From the human T2T-CHM13v2.0 reference genome, Homo sapiens, in the NCBI RefSeq assembly GCF_009914755.1, contig NC_060928.1: a DNA stretch of 64,000 nt; one strand, given 5' to 3'. Positions within the stretch are counted from its first letter, which is position 1; the number at the start of each line of letters is the position of its first letter. Made by a program: the position numbers and the translations under genes. The notes under the pieces were generated by a model, which saw only the letters and a list, made by a program, of their open reading frames with translations, was not told the DNA's origin and ran no database searches. Positions 1 through 15,600 of this stretch are shown in pieces.

Positions 1-1200
1 TGATATGACTCCAAAATCACAGGCAACGAAAGGAAAACTAGATATCTGGGATTACATCAAACTGAAAAATCTTCTGCATAGCAAAGTAAACGATTGACAG
101 AGTGAAGAGCCAACCTACAGAATGGGAGAAAATATTTGCAAACAATACACACAATAAGGAGCTAATATTTAAAATAGATAAGAAACTCAAATAACCCAAA
201 TAGAAAAAAAAACCACACAAATAAAATCTGATTACAAATAAGCAAAGGGCCTTAATAGACATTTCTCAAAAGAAGACATACAAATGAGCAACAGGTATAC
301 TAAAAAGTGTTCGACATCACTAATTATCAGGGAAAATTCAATTAAAACCACAATGAAACATCATCTCATACCTACTAGAATGGTCGTTATGAAAAACACA
401 AAAGATAACAAGTGTCGGTGGGGATGTGGACAAAAGAGAACTCTTGTGCACTGTTGGGGATGTAAATTAGTACAGCCATTATGGAAAACGGTATGCAAGT
501 TTCTCAAAAACTTAAGAATAGAACTACCATGTGATCCAGCAATCCCTCTGCAGGGTGTATATACAAAGGAAATAAAATAAGTATGTTGAAGACATATCTG
601 CACTCAAAAGTTCATCGTATCATTTTTCACATTGGCCAAGATACAGAATCAACCTAAGCATTCCTCAAAGATGAATAGTTAAAGAAAATGCGGTATATAT
701 ACACAATGGAATACGGTTCAGCCACAAAAAAGAGGGAAATTCCATCACATGCAACAACATGGAAGAACCTAGAAGACATTCTGTTAAATGAAAGAAGTCA
801 GGCACAGAAGGACAAATACCACGTAATCTCACTCATATGTGGAAGCTGAAATTGTCATAACATACAAGTAGAGAGTGGAATGATGGTAATCAGGGGCCGG
901 GTAGTTGGAGAGGGGGATTGGGGAGATGTTGGTTAAACAATAAAAATTTTCATTTAGATAGGAAAAATAAATTCAAGAGATCAGCTATACAGCATGGTGA
1001 CTACAATTAATAATATATTGTATTCTTGAAATATGCTGATAGTGGATATGAAGTGTTCTCACTAAAAAAAAACTATGTGATATAATGCAGATGTTAATTA
1101 GGTAGATTTAGTTATTCCACAATGTACGTATATTTCAAAATATCATTTTGTGCAGGGTAAACAAATAATTTTATCTGTACATATAAAATATAAAAATATT
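1..1200 (+). mobile_element. L1 3' end (ORF2 C-terminal remnant plus L1MA-type 3' UTR)
   Basis: ORF 284-580 resembles the degenerate ORF2p C-terminus ([10 protein letters not shown]..., [21 protein letters not shown]). L1MA-like 3' UTR motifs and an A-rich end at ~1185-1200. Confidence 0.9.
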
Positions 1201-1249
1201 ATTTGTATTAAAAAGTAAATGAAATAAAACTAAATTTCATGACTGTCAG

Positions 1250-3150
1250 ACAATGTTAAATGACAACAGCATAATTAGGCTGATTTAATAATAAAAGACA
1301 GTAAAACATATTTTGACTATTATACAAAATAAAATAGGAAATAAGTTATTGAACTTAAACCAATTAATCATTATTAAAATCATAATGAAAATTAGAACAT
1401 ATTTAGAGCTGTCAATAGAAAAAGCACCCTACATCAATACTTGTCAGATGCAGGTAAGGTAATGTTAAAAGGAATTACATGGGATTACTATTTTAAAAAA
1501 GCTGAAAAGTAATGAATAAACCCTGGGAAAACAAAAGAAAAAAGTGTAGAAATTAATAAATTATAAACATTTATAATTAGAATCATATTAGCCAAAGTTA
1601 TTCCTGAATGTAAAATTAAATAATCTGAATGATCCTCTGGCAGGGTTCATTAAAGGAAAATATGTAATGGTTCAAATAAGCTCCATATGGAATGAAAAAA
1701 GTGCGTAATGCCAGATGCTGCAGAGATAAACATAAGGAAATTTTACTAACCTGATGTCAGTGCACTTTGAAACTTAGAGGAAATAGACAATTCCATTAAC
1801 AAAATTAACTGAGGAAGAAATATGAAACCTGAAGGAGATAACAATTAGAGTAATTGAATCAGTAGTTTAGAAATCTTTCCACAAATAAAAAATCACCCAC
1901 AAATAATTTTACCAGTGTGTTCCAAAAACACTGTAAAAATAAATAATGATATCATACAAATTGTCAAGACTAAAAAGTGCACAATTACCAGCTTATTTTA
2001 TGAGACTAGCATAACATTGATATCAATATCTGTCAAAAACATTAAGATAAAAGCACTATAAAGCTCAATCATAAACAGAAATGCAAACATCTCAAGCAAA
2101 ATATTATCTACCCAACAGCAACTTACTAAAAAATAATAATACATCGTAGTCAAGTTAGGTTTAATTGCTGGAATGCACTTATTAAGTATTAGAATATTAG
2201 TAAAAATCAAACTGTCATTGTTTTCACATGGTATAATCATGTAGCTATAAATCTACATGAATATATAGATAAGTAATTAGTATTAGAGAGTTTAGCAAAG
2301 GTTTGGACACAAATTTAGCATATAAGTTTAGTTACATTTCTATCAACCAAAAAAACAGAGAAAATAATTTTTTAAAATGCAGTATGCTAGCAACCTTTTT
2401 TTCCTCAGTATTGAGGATTTAATCTAACAAAATATATACAATATCTTTCTGGATAAAAATAATATTACAGGAAAGCATTAAAGAAGCCCTAGATTGTGTG
2501 TGTGTGTGTGTGTGTGTCTGTGTGTTTATCTTATAAATAACAAAGAAAGATAGCATTAAAACGTGGGCAAACTAATAGCTCGTAGTTCAAACTACTTGCT
2601 TGCTCAAGTACTTTGTCAAGAAAAGTTTTCAATTTTATTACAAGTTAAGAAACTGTAAATTAATAGCACGGTAATGATATACCATTTATTCACTCTACTG
2701 GGCACGAAGTCTCACAAGGATGTAGCACAAAGAAATGATCATTCTTTCTTTGTAGTATTGTAAATTGGCAGAAATATTGTGGAAAATTGGTTGGCATTCC
2801 CTAGTAAAGCCGAAAAAGTTTCATACTTTACAACCCAATAGGTAGCTATATACCCAAAGGAATTATTGCAAGTTGTCAGAAGATACAGACATTCATTATC
2901 AATGCAGCACCCTGTATAATGTCAAAACGGGAAGCAATTCACTTATCTATGCAGGATTTCACTTTACTAATGGATAAACTATGATGTGTTTATTAATTGA
3001 ATATCATACAGCAGAGAATGTAAATTATCTGTTGTCAAATCTATCATCATGGTTAAACTGTAGGGATGTAACAGGCAGGAAAATAAACCCAAAGCTAGTT
3101 ACATGCATCAATATGAATGAATAGATTATTATAGGAAAAATGTTCTTTTG
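1250..3150 (+). mobile_element. Ancient, highly diverged L1M ORF2/3' fragments
   Basis: A-rich + strand with degenerate L1 motifs (gaaacttagaggaaatagacaattcc, aatgcaaacatctcaagcaaaatatta, gagagtttagcaaagg, gctatatacccaaaggaatt). Confidence 0.65.
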
Positions 3151-5621
3151 ACAACCAAATTGGGATATCATGGGAAAGAAAATTAATGCTTTCTAAATTT
3201 TACATATGTACGTATTCTCTTTCGCCTTAAAAATTAGTTGGAAATTTTAAAAGATAATTTAATTTTCTTTTACTGAGTGTATATTGATATTTAGCTCTCT
3301 TACTTCAACTCCTGCAAGTTTTACAGAGATAGAAAATCGTGGAGAAATTGGCATGATCATTATAACCTGCTAATTAAAGCCAAAACTAAGATTAGAGTGA
3401 AGTTTCCCGATCCCACGTTCAGTACTTCATTTACAACATTATGCTGATATAAATGACTTGATTGGGAAAAAAATAGTAATTAAATTGACTTGTAGCTATC
3501 TTGATCTCTTTTCACTGTTCAAATATATTATTTGATTTTAATTAGGCTTCATTTTCCAGCTGTTTCATTTGTTCTTAATCAATAGTTGACTATGGTTGAA
3601 AATCAATTTTTTGAGGAAATATTTGTCATTGTCTTATGTTGGTAGTTAACATGATATTCAAAAGTGGAAATATAGATGGCCACTACTTATTAAAATGCAT
3701 CTTTGGAAATTTTTATTTGAAATTCTCAAAACTTATGTATGTATGTATATATATCTCCTCTATAAACAGAACATCATTTTTAAATGTATTCAGTCTTTTT
3801 CTATTAAGAAGTTCGGCGACTAATATTTTTGATACTTCCTTATATTTGCTTTTGTTCCTGACAGTAATCAACAAGTTTTCAATATTTTTTATTTATAGTT
3901 TTATTAAATGTTTTGCATCTTTAAAAGACATTTTCTTGTCTTTTATTCCTAGTAATTTAGAGTTAAACAATGTTTCCAACAATTTGCCTATTAATTTTTA
4001 ATTTTAATTTTCCACAATATCTGACAAAGGTTAAATAATATGTGTTTTTCTCTATTTGAGAACCTTTCTAATTTGAAATTCATTTTTCATTTGTTCCTTG
4101 TTGGTACTCTATTCCTATTACTCTTGTTCATGTCCTAATTATCTCTTTCAGAACTTACCTATCTCCATTTCTTCCCCTGTACTCTCTGAGTGCAATTCAC
4201 ATATTTCCTTTTATCTATTCAGAAAACTTCAAGACATTCCAATTACATCTAGAATAAAGTTCAACATTTATCCCAATATCCAAGGATATTTATTATTTAG
4301 GGACAAATTCCTTTTTCAAAGATATTTCATCCCACTTTTCTTAATACATTTTGTATCTAAGCAGAGGAAAACATCTATTATTATCCACATCATCCCTAAA
4401 ATTCCTGCCTTCAGATTTGCTCATGCCTTTCCTGAACATAAAATTCTCTACCACTCTCCTCCTTCAGTTTTCACCTTTGTTTCAAACTCAGTTAAAATAA
4501 TAACTGTTATAACCTGTAATAGGTGATAGAAGCTGACCTATGAAGTGAGACAAAAGTGTTGTGTAGTGCCGTATATCCTATTATTAGTGATGTAGATTTG
4601 ACTGATAAATTGACTTGAAAAATTCCTATTAATAAAATAGGTCTAACATCTATCATTTCTTTCAAAATGTTTTTATGTTAAATAAGAAAATGCACATATC
4701 TGGACTATCATTGGCATTTGATGTATACGAGTCCCCTCGTCGGGCTTTTTTAGCTGGCAGAATTACATTTTTCCTGAAGAAAAGGTAGGAGATAACTAAT
4801 ACCACCTGTCTAGCTTATACCACAGATAGCCTTTTATTTTAATGAATAAATTTATTTATTTTTTATATAAATGAATCCAATGCAGTATACTATCTGGCTT
4901 TCATAATCCAGTGTCCAAAATAGTGCCATGCACATAGTAGCTGCTTAATTAATGTACTAATTGGAAGTACATGTATCTTTACTACAGTTATTAAAAAATA
5001 ATTTTGAGCAAAATGTAAATTAATAATTTAGTCAGCTTTTATGTCGTTTGAATACATTTATATTTAACATGTGATATAAAAATAATATTATGTTAAGAAG
5101 TAATTGCTATAGAGTAAAATTTAAGTTAGCCAGAATAACAGCAGAATATAGGTTACACATACCAAAAAGCAATTAAAACAACACTAGCCTATATGTCTGA
5201 AAATAATTTTAATAAAAACTTACTTAGCTAGAATTATATCCAGTAGTTACAAACAAGTTTACTGTTCTATAAAGGTCATCTAAACATATAAAAATAATAT
5301 ATATACACAATAATTTAAGAACAATAACGTTACATAAACTTATTGATGAGGAAAGGTCAAAGCTATCTGTTGTAATTTATATTATGCTCCCTCAACCAGC
5401 TCTGATTCTTTTTTAATACTATACTTGAATTGAATTGGAAAAGGATGCATTCTGAGCTGGAATTTCTTATCCTCGTCCTTTTCCTACTATTCTCTCTATT
5501 TTCACAGCTCTGGAGGTGTTAGGCACGCTCATTCCCTCTTGTCTTCCTTAGACTCCTGACAGTAGTCTCACTCCTCCAGAAGCAGTAATAGAAGGACGGG
5601 GCTTTCTTTGACCTGCAATAT

Positions 5622-6091
<470 letters not shown>

Positions 6092-6575
6092 TAATATAAT
6101 TTCAGTTAGGATTAACTTTAAATTTGGTCACTTCTATAGATCCACAGTTAAATCAAGAATTGACTATCTTTGAAACTGAGACATTCTTGGGGGCTTTTGT
6201 TCAATTTCTCTCCTATGATCACATTTCTGAATGGCATGTACGCCATTTAAGGACTACAGCTGTGCAAAATATGTTCACTTAGCTTCAGGACGTTTCTATT
6301 TATTTAGTTCTCAATACTTCAGCCAAATATTTATTTACATTCCTTCATTTTGCTTTAAAAATAAGGTGTTAGAAACCATTTATGTTTTCATTAGAACACT
6401 GCTAAAAATTAATCTAAAATATATGAAAATAGTTGAGGGTTCGTATTTGAATAGAAAAGACACAGTTTGACTTCGAACTCAGGTTCGCCTTCCTCTCTCA
6501 CTCACACAAGTGTAATGTGTCAGTGTTCAGATCGATATCCTCACTAATTCTTGACCTGGTGCAACGCTTCAAAGG

Positions 6576-6810
6576 TCTTATTGATTAACTATTTTTGAAG
6601 GCTGGAAAGAAAAAAAGTGAATATAGTTTAAGACTTTTGATGGAAATTTTCCTTTAAAATAATATTTTCCACCACCCATTTACTGAACTTAACCCTGGCA
6701 ACCGTATCACTGACTCATCCTCAGAGAAGGGGATGGAAATAGATTCCACTGGCACACTTCACTAGTGGCTTTCACTAAAAATGCATCATGAACAAAAATA
6801 AAATATTTTG
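6576..6810 (+). repeat. Copy 1 of a ~235-bp non-tandem direct duplication
   Basis: About 90% identical by eye to 10155-10387. Confidence 0.95.
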
Positions 6811-6881
6811 CAGGTAAGCCTATCTATCCAAATATGATCATCTGCTTTATCATATTTAGATAGATAGGCTTAACTACAAAA
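6806..6881. repeat. Inverted repeat with 33-bp arms and a 10-nt loop
   Basis: TTTTGCAGGTAAGCCTATCTATCCAAATATGAT ... ATCATATTTAGATAGATAGGCTTAACTACAAAA, 3 mismatches. Confidence 0.9.
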
Positions 6882-9601
6882 CAAATCTTTCCTTCCGTGT
6901 CTTAAGTCTAGGCCCTCACCCTTCAGTGGAATTTGGCAGCCATCTCATCATTGCAGTTTCTGCCCTCAGTCTGATCAGTTCTTAAAAATGCTCCCTGGGA
7001 AAACTTAAAACAAAACAAAACAGAACCACCATTATATGTCTCTTCTACTCAAATATTTTTACTGGTTCCCCGTTTTCTATGATGAAAAATTCTAATAAGT
7101 TTCACAAAGTCCATCCCTTCTCTTTAACACCCTCAACCAAAATCCAAACATATCTTGCAGTCTACTTACAAAAAAATTTCACTTTTATCTTCAAAGCATA
7201 ATACCATTTCACACTTCTATACGTTTGGCAATGCTATTTCTTCTTCCTAGAATGTCCTCTAGTCCTCAACACCCTCGATATTTGTATTCATTTATCAAGA
7301 CAGGAAAAACACCACCTCCTCCATGATCTTCCATAACATTATTCTTAGTTGACTCCTGCCTGTGTGTTCCTCTGTGATGAGATGCAACATTATTTGTATC
7401 TGCACAGTATTTATGCTATATTAAATTATGTCATTTGTCCCCTGAACAATTAACTCCTTAACAATAGGGAAATTATTTATTGAAGTTTGTTTTCTCAATG
7501 ACAAATAATCAGGTACATATTATATCTTCCTAATTCAAAATATGCTTGAAAAATAAAATAAGAATGTGAAAAGGATATATTTAATATTCATAAATATTAT
7601 CTGTAGTCTAATATTACATTACAAAGAAATTAAGTAACAAAATTAATAAGAGCTTATATATTTTAATATTTACAAGTACCAAACTGGCATATTATTTTAT
7701 CATATCAAATTCCCAAAGATATTACCATTTTAAAGAGAATATGCCAATATATTGACATACTTAGTTATACTGTTGGAATAAATGATTTTAAAAGTGGAAA
7801 GATTCTTTGCATCATTCAGTAGCAAGCTTGCTGTACAATAATGGGCATTGGAATGTGACAAATAATTTTTAAAACTTTTAAAAAATATTTTATGATAGAG
7901 TCAAAATAGCATTTAATTTCTTAAAAAGTGAATTAGCATTATAACTATGAAGAAATATAATGTCTAGAAAAATCTAATTATTAAATACTACTTGATAACA
8001 TCATAAAATCATTACATCTGCTTAAAATGAGAAGTTTAATTCACTTGTATCAGTTGGTATTGAAATCTTTATCTGTGTTAGCTATGATATTCTCTTATTA
8101 TGCTGTGTTTTTGGTTAGCTCTCCATAGAATTCAGTTCACATTTTAGAAACCGACATGGATTAGACATTGAGTAAAGCAGAACTGTTTTATTCTTTGTAT
8201 TTGTGTGTGTGTGTGTGTGTGTGTATACATACACATATATGTCTCATATATATATCCCCATATTTGTCATGTATATATATATATCTCCCCACTGGAGTTG
8301 TGAAAATGTGTTTTTGACTAAAAGTGGAGGACAAGATGGGACTGGAGGACAGATGCCAGCGTGAGACTAGCCCTAAATGTAAGAGAGGGGAAATGACCGT
8401 GAGAGATATATAGGACAGAAATGATTGACTGTCAAAGAAAAGGAATAGAAATGGAACAGGGGTGACTGACACTGCAAGGGAAAGTAGAAAGACACAGGAA
8501 ATACAACAAAAGAAGGGGAATTCTCCTTAATTCTAAGGCCCGGACTCTCACTCCAGGCTTGGTATTTATGTCTCACACTGCTAGCAAAATTTTTAGTAAC
8601 CTACATTAGAGTACAAATTGATCTAGAATTGCGGTTGTCTTGTCTCTTTGGGATGGGGGAGGTCACGGGGATAGAAACATAATCCCTCCTTTTCTCCCAG
8701 AGGGACCCTACACTACTTCACCCATGGATGGTTCTTTAAGCACAGAATTTTGCTAGTTTCTTTAAGAGAATCAAAGGAGACAGGATGGGAAACTTATTCA
8801 TGTCTGGATTTTAAGATGATATCTGTAGCTTGAAAACAAATCAGTCTCTTAGCATACTATTTAGATGTATTGTTCTTTTGGCATTTATATTATTTTAAAT
8901 AAATATCTCTTTTCTCATTCTCAATATCCTCACATCATTCATACTGTCCTCTTCATTTTCTTACAGAGATTTTACCATCATCATCCTATTGAAAAACTGA
9001 CAAAAAAAGAGAAAAAAAGCCTGAATATTAGTGTTTTAATTGGAAAATAATGCACTGTAATAATGATATTCTGACATTGGCAGTATTTACTAAGCTGCAT
9101 AATAAAACATTTTCAATAATTTAATATGTATGTAGAGCCTTCAGCAAGAAATAAGCTTCCTTCAGTCCAAATTCTTTCAGGCACCCTACTGCTTGGTTCT
9201 TTTTTCCTTCTGGATACCTCACATGTGATTGTAATCAGATAAAGATAATCAAACATTTAAATACAGCAACGCTTACAGATTCTAACCCAGGACTTGATAA
9301 CTATCACAGGTAGACTCCAAAAGATTACCAGAACTATATAATTTTTCACATATGTACAACTTAGATAATAATGTTCAGGTACTCTTTATTAGGGAACTAG
9401 TAATAACTCTTATCCACTGAAAAAATATCATTTTTGCAGAAGTCTTTACCTTATATTAGCTCTTTGCTTATAACCTTTCCTATAGTATTATAATGAGTGT
9501 TTAGCAAAAAAAAAAAAAAAAAGAAAGTATAGCTTCTTTCTAATGATCCTACAACTGCTAGATCTACGTTCTCTAATAACTGTTTTTCCTTGTCTGTTTG
9601 A

Positions 9602-9954
<353 letters not shown>

Positions 9955-10154
9955 TAATTGATTTATCAATATTTAGAGTTATCACCTTTTGGAATGATTT
10001 TTCTGCACATAGTGATCATGGGAGGCATTGAAAAGCCTTTGCTCTGGATAGCTTCTCCATATTTTAAGCTTGAAAAAAACAACATGGTCTGAAAAGTAGC
10101 TTGCGATAACAGCAGTTTGCAAATTTACTGTTATTAAGAGCATTTTCTTAAAAA

Positions 10155-10387
10155 TCTTATGATTATCTATTTTTGAAGACTGGAAAGAAAAAAGTGAATA
10201 CAGTTTAAGACTTTTGATGCAAATCTTTCTTTAAAATCATATTTTTCACCACCCATTTACTGAACTTGATTCTTGCAACCCTATCACTGACCCATCCTCA
10301 GAGAAGGAGATGGAAATGGATTCCACTGGCACACTTCACTACTGGCTTTCACTAAAAATGCATCATGAACAAAAATGAAATGTTTTG
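10155..10387 (+). repeat. Copy 2 of the ~235-bp direct duplication
   Basis: Aligns end to end with 6576-6810. Confidence 0.95.
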
Positions 10388-10805
10388 TATAAATTCAAAA
10401 ATGACAATCTGCTTTATTAAATATGTTTTTTATATAAGAAAGTCTCTGATCCGGTATAAGCTAGAACACTCCCACTCACGAGTGGGTATTCCAAGCCAAG
10501 GAGACATTACCCCAGTACTCCTCCCTGCCTTGTTTCTTATGTAATTGCTTTGAGAGTGATGTCTGTACCCACCACAGGAGCTGGAAGAGGCACTGTCACT
10601 TTTGCAGACAGTACTATGTTCTATGTTTAGCTTATTATAATTTCTACTTGAAATCCTTCTTCATCAGTTATCTTTGCGGTGGAAATGATAGGACCATCGC
10701 TGTTCAGCCACAGTCGAGAAGGAGTCATTAACTTGATGTCCGTAGCTCAGGTGCATCTGGAAGCAAGCTTGGATTCAATCGTCTTTCTCTCGGAGGCCTG
10801 TAAAC

Positions 10806-10958
10806 CAGTGCCTCCCAAACTATAATGCACATATGGATCATTTGGAATCTTATTAAAATGCAGAATCAGCAAATTTAGGGTGGCCTGAGCTGCATTTCTA
10901 ACAAGCTTCCAAGTGATTCTAATACTGCCAGTTGGCTCACCACAAAAAAAGTAGCAAG
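10806..10958. mobile_element. MER5-type hAT-Charlie DNA transposon remnant
   Basis: Motifs cttattaaaatgcagaatc and ctgcatttctaacaagcttccaagtgattctaatactgc. Confidence 0.75.
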
Positions 10959-11634
10959 CTTCTCAATGGAGTTAAAAAGTTATCTTCTTTTTGTTTATTT
11001 TTCACATAAATGGGCTTTTAAAAATTCTTATGTGACATAAGATAAAATGTAGGCATCTGCCTTATACAGGTGGGCTAATGAGAATGGTAATAGGGTGTCT
11101 CTACAAATTAGTTGGCAACTCTTCAAGTCCGATGAGTTACTGTCTGTCTTATTCAGGGGTTATAACATCAAGATTTATAACTAACTTATTTTCTAAACTG
11201 GGACATTCTGAGAACAAAAGAGGGCACTTTTAATAATTACGCTGGCACAACACAACAAGCAATTGAGAGACATGTTCACCCTACCAAGAGTGACACCATG
11301 CTAAAGAACTCTGAGCAATTTAATTCAGCTTTACCATATAGAAATTTATTTTTTTAAATGACCTAACTGCTTGTCTTTCACAATTTTATATCCTTATAAA
11401 CGTTGCTGCTTTTTTCTCCATATATTTTAAAAAATTGATCCTCAAAAAGAAATTTTTAAAAATACATTCCTCCTATGATCCCATTTTTCTAAAACATATG
11501 TATAATATAATTTGGTCCAAGCTTTCATGGAATTATTGGCATGAGAGTATTCAATATTTCTAATTGATAATTAATTGAAATGGTAATTTTCCTTAAGTTT
11601 TAGGTTGAAATTTTTCTACATTAAGAAAAAATGT

Positions 11635-11946
11635 GGCTGACCACATTGGTTCATGTCTGTAATCCGAGACCTTTGGGAGGCCGAGGCAGGCAGATCAATT
11701 GAGGTCATGAGTACAAGACCAGCCCGGCCAATATGGCAAAACCTTGTCTCAACTAAAAACACAGGAAAAAAAACAAAAATAGCCAGGCATGGTGTTGCAC
11801 ACCTGTAATTTCAGCTACTCAGGAGGCTGAGGCATTGAGAATTACTTGAACCCTGGAGGTGGAAGCTGCAGTGAGCCGAGATTGTGCCATTGCACTCCAG
11901 CCTGGGCCACAGAGCAAGATTGTCTTAAAAAAAAAAAAAAAAGAAA
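11635..11946 (+). mobile_element. Alu (old S/J type)
   Basis: Alu dimer with poly-A. Degenerate TSD AAGAAAAAATGT / AAGAAAAACTGT. Confidence 0.93.
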
Positions 11947-12859
11947 AAGAAAAACTGTTCAAATGTGCATATTATCTTTATGTTCAAGTTAAAATATGAT
12001 GTGTTTTGATATATGCTTGGCAGGTGTTGTTCACCCTCAGTCCTGGTAATAATTATGTCAGGATGATAATGAATTGCTGTTGTCTTTTACACGTGCAGGT
12101 AGATGGTGTTCTGGTTATATGGTTAGCATTACTGACACATTTAATATATTTTATAGACTGTCATTGTGTTGTTTTACCCAGAATGGTTTCACCTTGGGAA
12201 TATCTCTTAACTTCACGGTAAATATTGATTTACATTCTTCTAATTTTAAAAGCCTGGCCATGTAGACAAGCTTTACATGCTCATAGTTTGCCTTGTGCAC
12301 CTTAGATTTTACTGTAAGTTCACGGTTCTTAAAAAGCCAATAAAAAGCTTTGTTTAAAATCATCTTCATTTTATTTCCAGTGATTTACTTTTAAATCCTC
12401 TGGCTGAATTTTACGTGTATGGAATTGCATTGCATCAACTTTAATATCACAGTATAATGCACAGTTTAAAATATCCTCTAAATCTTAAGAGAAACAATGG
12501 AAGCCAAACTCAATTACCTGCTGGTGGGTTGTCAGTATAAATGAGACAAAGGCTGTTTTCCAGCATAATTAACTGGCTTAAAGATGGCATACAGTAATTT
12601 GTCAGCTAGAGATAACCCTTTATTAACACCTTTTAAAATATAGATTTAAGATACTGTTGCTTCTTAAGTTGGTAGTTCAATTTGTTTTCAGAACTGTATA
12701 GTTTTTTTTAATTCACAATGACTGATTTAAATAAAGATTCATAAGATACAACTACCCCAAATAAAATATTTCTTCTCACCTTTAAGGGGTTTCTTTTATA
12801 GGCAAGTGAGTAATTAACACTTTTTATTATGCTTTCAAATTTTCCATTGTTCCTCATAA

Positions 12860-12862
<3 letters not shown>

Positions 12863-12902
<40 letters not shown>
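12863..12902. repeat. (CA)n microsatellite
   Basis: About 20 perfect AC units. Confidence 0.98.
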
Positions 12903-12903
<1 letters not shown>

Positions 12904-13099
12904 AGAAAAAACTGGCAAAGAACAAACAAAAAACCTGAAGTGATATTTTGGTAAAAATTTAAATTTTTGTCCTTTACAAAGCAAAACTTCTGTATGTATG
13001 GATATATTAAATCATACCCAAATGTGTTTTTTCACAGTGTAAAATAATTTTAAAATCTGACAATTTTTTTGGCTTAAGTTTATATTCTTCATTATGTTT

Positions 13100-14210
13100 T
13101 CAGTTCATTCTTTGTTTTGAAATAAAATCCGACCTACAATAAATTTGCAAAATGTGTTAGAAAGAATGTCCACATGCCTAACGCCCAGCTACTTCGAATG
13201 CTAACATTTTCCATAATCACAGTTAACAAAACCAGGAAATTAACAGTGACATAATTCTACCAACTAGTCTACATGCCTTACTGGAATTTTATCAACTGTC
13301 CTTCTAAAATTATTTTTGTACATCAGAATTGAATCTAGGACACACATTGCATATAGTTGTGTCTCCTTTTATCTAGGATAATTTATCAGTCTTTGTCTTC
13401 CATGACTCTCCTATTTTTAAGAGTTCTGAGCAGTTATTTTTCTAAAAGCCCATCATTTGATCTTTTCTCATCTAGTCTCATGACCAAATTTAGCTTATGC
13501 ACTTTTGAAAAGAATCCAACTAAAGTAATGTGTCACCTTTCTCAGGCCATCATGTCAACATGATATTGACTTCCTTCATTCTTGGTATTAATTTTCATCA
13601 CTTTGTAAAAGTGGTGTCATACAGGTTTCTCCACTAAAAAGTTACATTATCCCCTTTGCAATTATTAAGGATGTTCTGGGGAAATATTTGAGACTACGTA
13701 AATACTGTCAACCTTATATCATGAGATTCAGAACTTATGATTTAGTACCGAGTTTATTTGAGTACAATTTGGGAGTAAGCTTTCAAAAGTGGAGAACTTA
13801 AAGCTTCTCTTACATAAAAGTTTTAGCAAGATTACAACATTTTCCATCCAAGACCAGTGCAAACACCACAGTGATTTGATTGGTTATAGATAGCTAATTC
13901 CCTGGAAGACTACTTGATTACTTCATGAAGAGGAGTGGTGATCTGAGGGGGTCTTCCCTCTGGCTCTGTTTGTTCTTAACTATTTACAGGAAAATAAATG
14001 CAGAAGTTGCATCTGCATGCCATGTGACTCAAGCTGCATAGCCACATTTGTCTCAAGGTACAGAATAATTTAAAGTTCTAACAGCTTTAAGTTGAATTAT
14101 TTTAAATTTGAATTATTTAATTTCACAATATTCTGCTTAACACACACTGTTGTGTCCGTTGATGACTGTGGCCAAAAAACAATTCCTACTGTGGTGTTTT
14201 ATTGTGGAGC
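13100..14210 (-). mobile_element. Old L1M (L1MC-like) 3' UTR, interrupted by an LTR
   Basis: Motifs aaaaccaggaaattaacagtgacata and caggtttctccactaaaaagttac. The sequence resumes after the LTR at 14128. Confidence 0.65.
13706..14127 (-). mobile_element. ERV1-class (MER4-group-like) solo LTR, subfamily uncertain
   Basis: TG...CA termini (tgtcaacc...tttcaca), ~420 bp, approximate 4-bp TSD ATAC/ATAT, AATAAA on the minus strand near the 3' end. Confidence 0.7.
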
Positions 14211-15600
14211 TTTTAATATTGTGGAGCTTTTTATTAGAAGGCTCTTAATTTCCTTTTTGTTTTGGTTTAGTCAATAACTCACACTTATATTAGTAATTTC
14301 TTGTTCTGTTATATTATGATTAGAGCTTATTTTAATAACCAAATTTATGGAATTTAATGATTTTTTGTGACTTAATATATGATAAAATTTGTAACTGACA
14401 CTTGAGAAATTAGGGAGGAGGTATATTTTCAATTACCAGGGGATAAAAGTTTGATATATATCCACAAAATCTACTGTGTTGACTATAATGATTAGGTCTT
14501 CTATCTACTTTTTATTTTTCACCTACTTGATTTGTCTTGTGTTGTGAGTGTTATATAAAAATCTCCCATTACTAATGTATCTTTAATCATCATCTAGCAT
14601 CTCTTATAGGTTTATGCTTAATCTTCCTTATGAATTGTGGCTTTTAGATTAAAATGTGCTTTTCTTTGTCATGTTTAACATATCTTTTTTGCCTGATGCC
14701 TATTCAAAATAATGATACATGCTTTTTTATTGTCTCCATTTACCTGTATAACTTTGTCTTTATTTTTAGCCTTTCACAATTCATTTGTTTTAAATGTATT
14801 TAGTATAAGATACAAAATTTAGTTGTTTCATTGTGAGTTAAATTTTAAAACTTTTCATTGAGTTATGTGTATTATGACATATTTGCTATGTTTCTTTGTA
14901 AGATGTGTATTTATTATTTTTGACTTAGCTAAGTTTTGATATTTAAAAAGGTTTATATTTGGTTCTAATAATTCCCTTTTTATTTACATAATTTTAATGG
15001 TTAGTATTTTTATACTCTATTTTTTACTCTAGTATTTACATGATTTTTAATGCTCTTAGTCCCACTTTACTACTTAACATTTTACAATTTAGTTTTTCAG
15101 TTTTAAATATTCTTCTTTAACTTATTGCCCATACAATGTTGACAAAAAGATTCACACTGTAAAATATTTGAAGATATTTATTCTGAGCCAAATGTGAGTG
15201 AACAATGGCCCATGATATAGCCCCAGGACATCCCAAGAACAGGTGCCCAAGGTGGTTTGGCTGCAGCTTAATTTTAAACATTTTAGGAGGACATATGACA
15301 TCAATTAATATATCTAAGCTATACATTGGTTGAGTCCCAAAAGGCAGGACAACTCTAAGCAGGGGGGTCCAGGTCATACATGAATTCAACAATTTTCTAT
15401 TTGGCAATTGGTTTAAAGAGTTAAGTTATTGTCTCAAGACCTGGAATCAGTAGAAGGGAATGTCTGGGTTAAGATAAGGAGCTGTGGAGACCAAGTCTCC
15501 CATTATGCAGACAGAATCAATAGAAGAAAATGTTTCTTATCAGACTTAAAGAGTCTGCTCTATCAGTCTTAAGATCTCTGTTTTTTTTTTTTTTTTTTTT

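Noticed and set aside
3636-4526. 121-aa and 142-aa ORFs
   Set aside because: Low-complexity F/I/L/S-rich translations of AT-rich DNA with no recognisable domain or splice structure.
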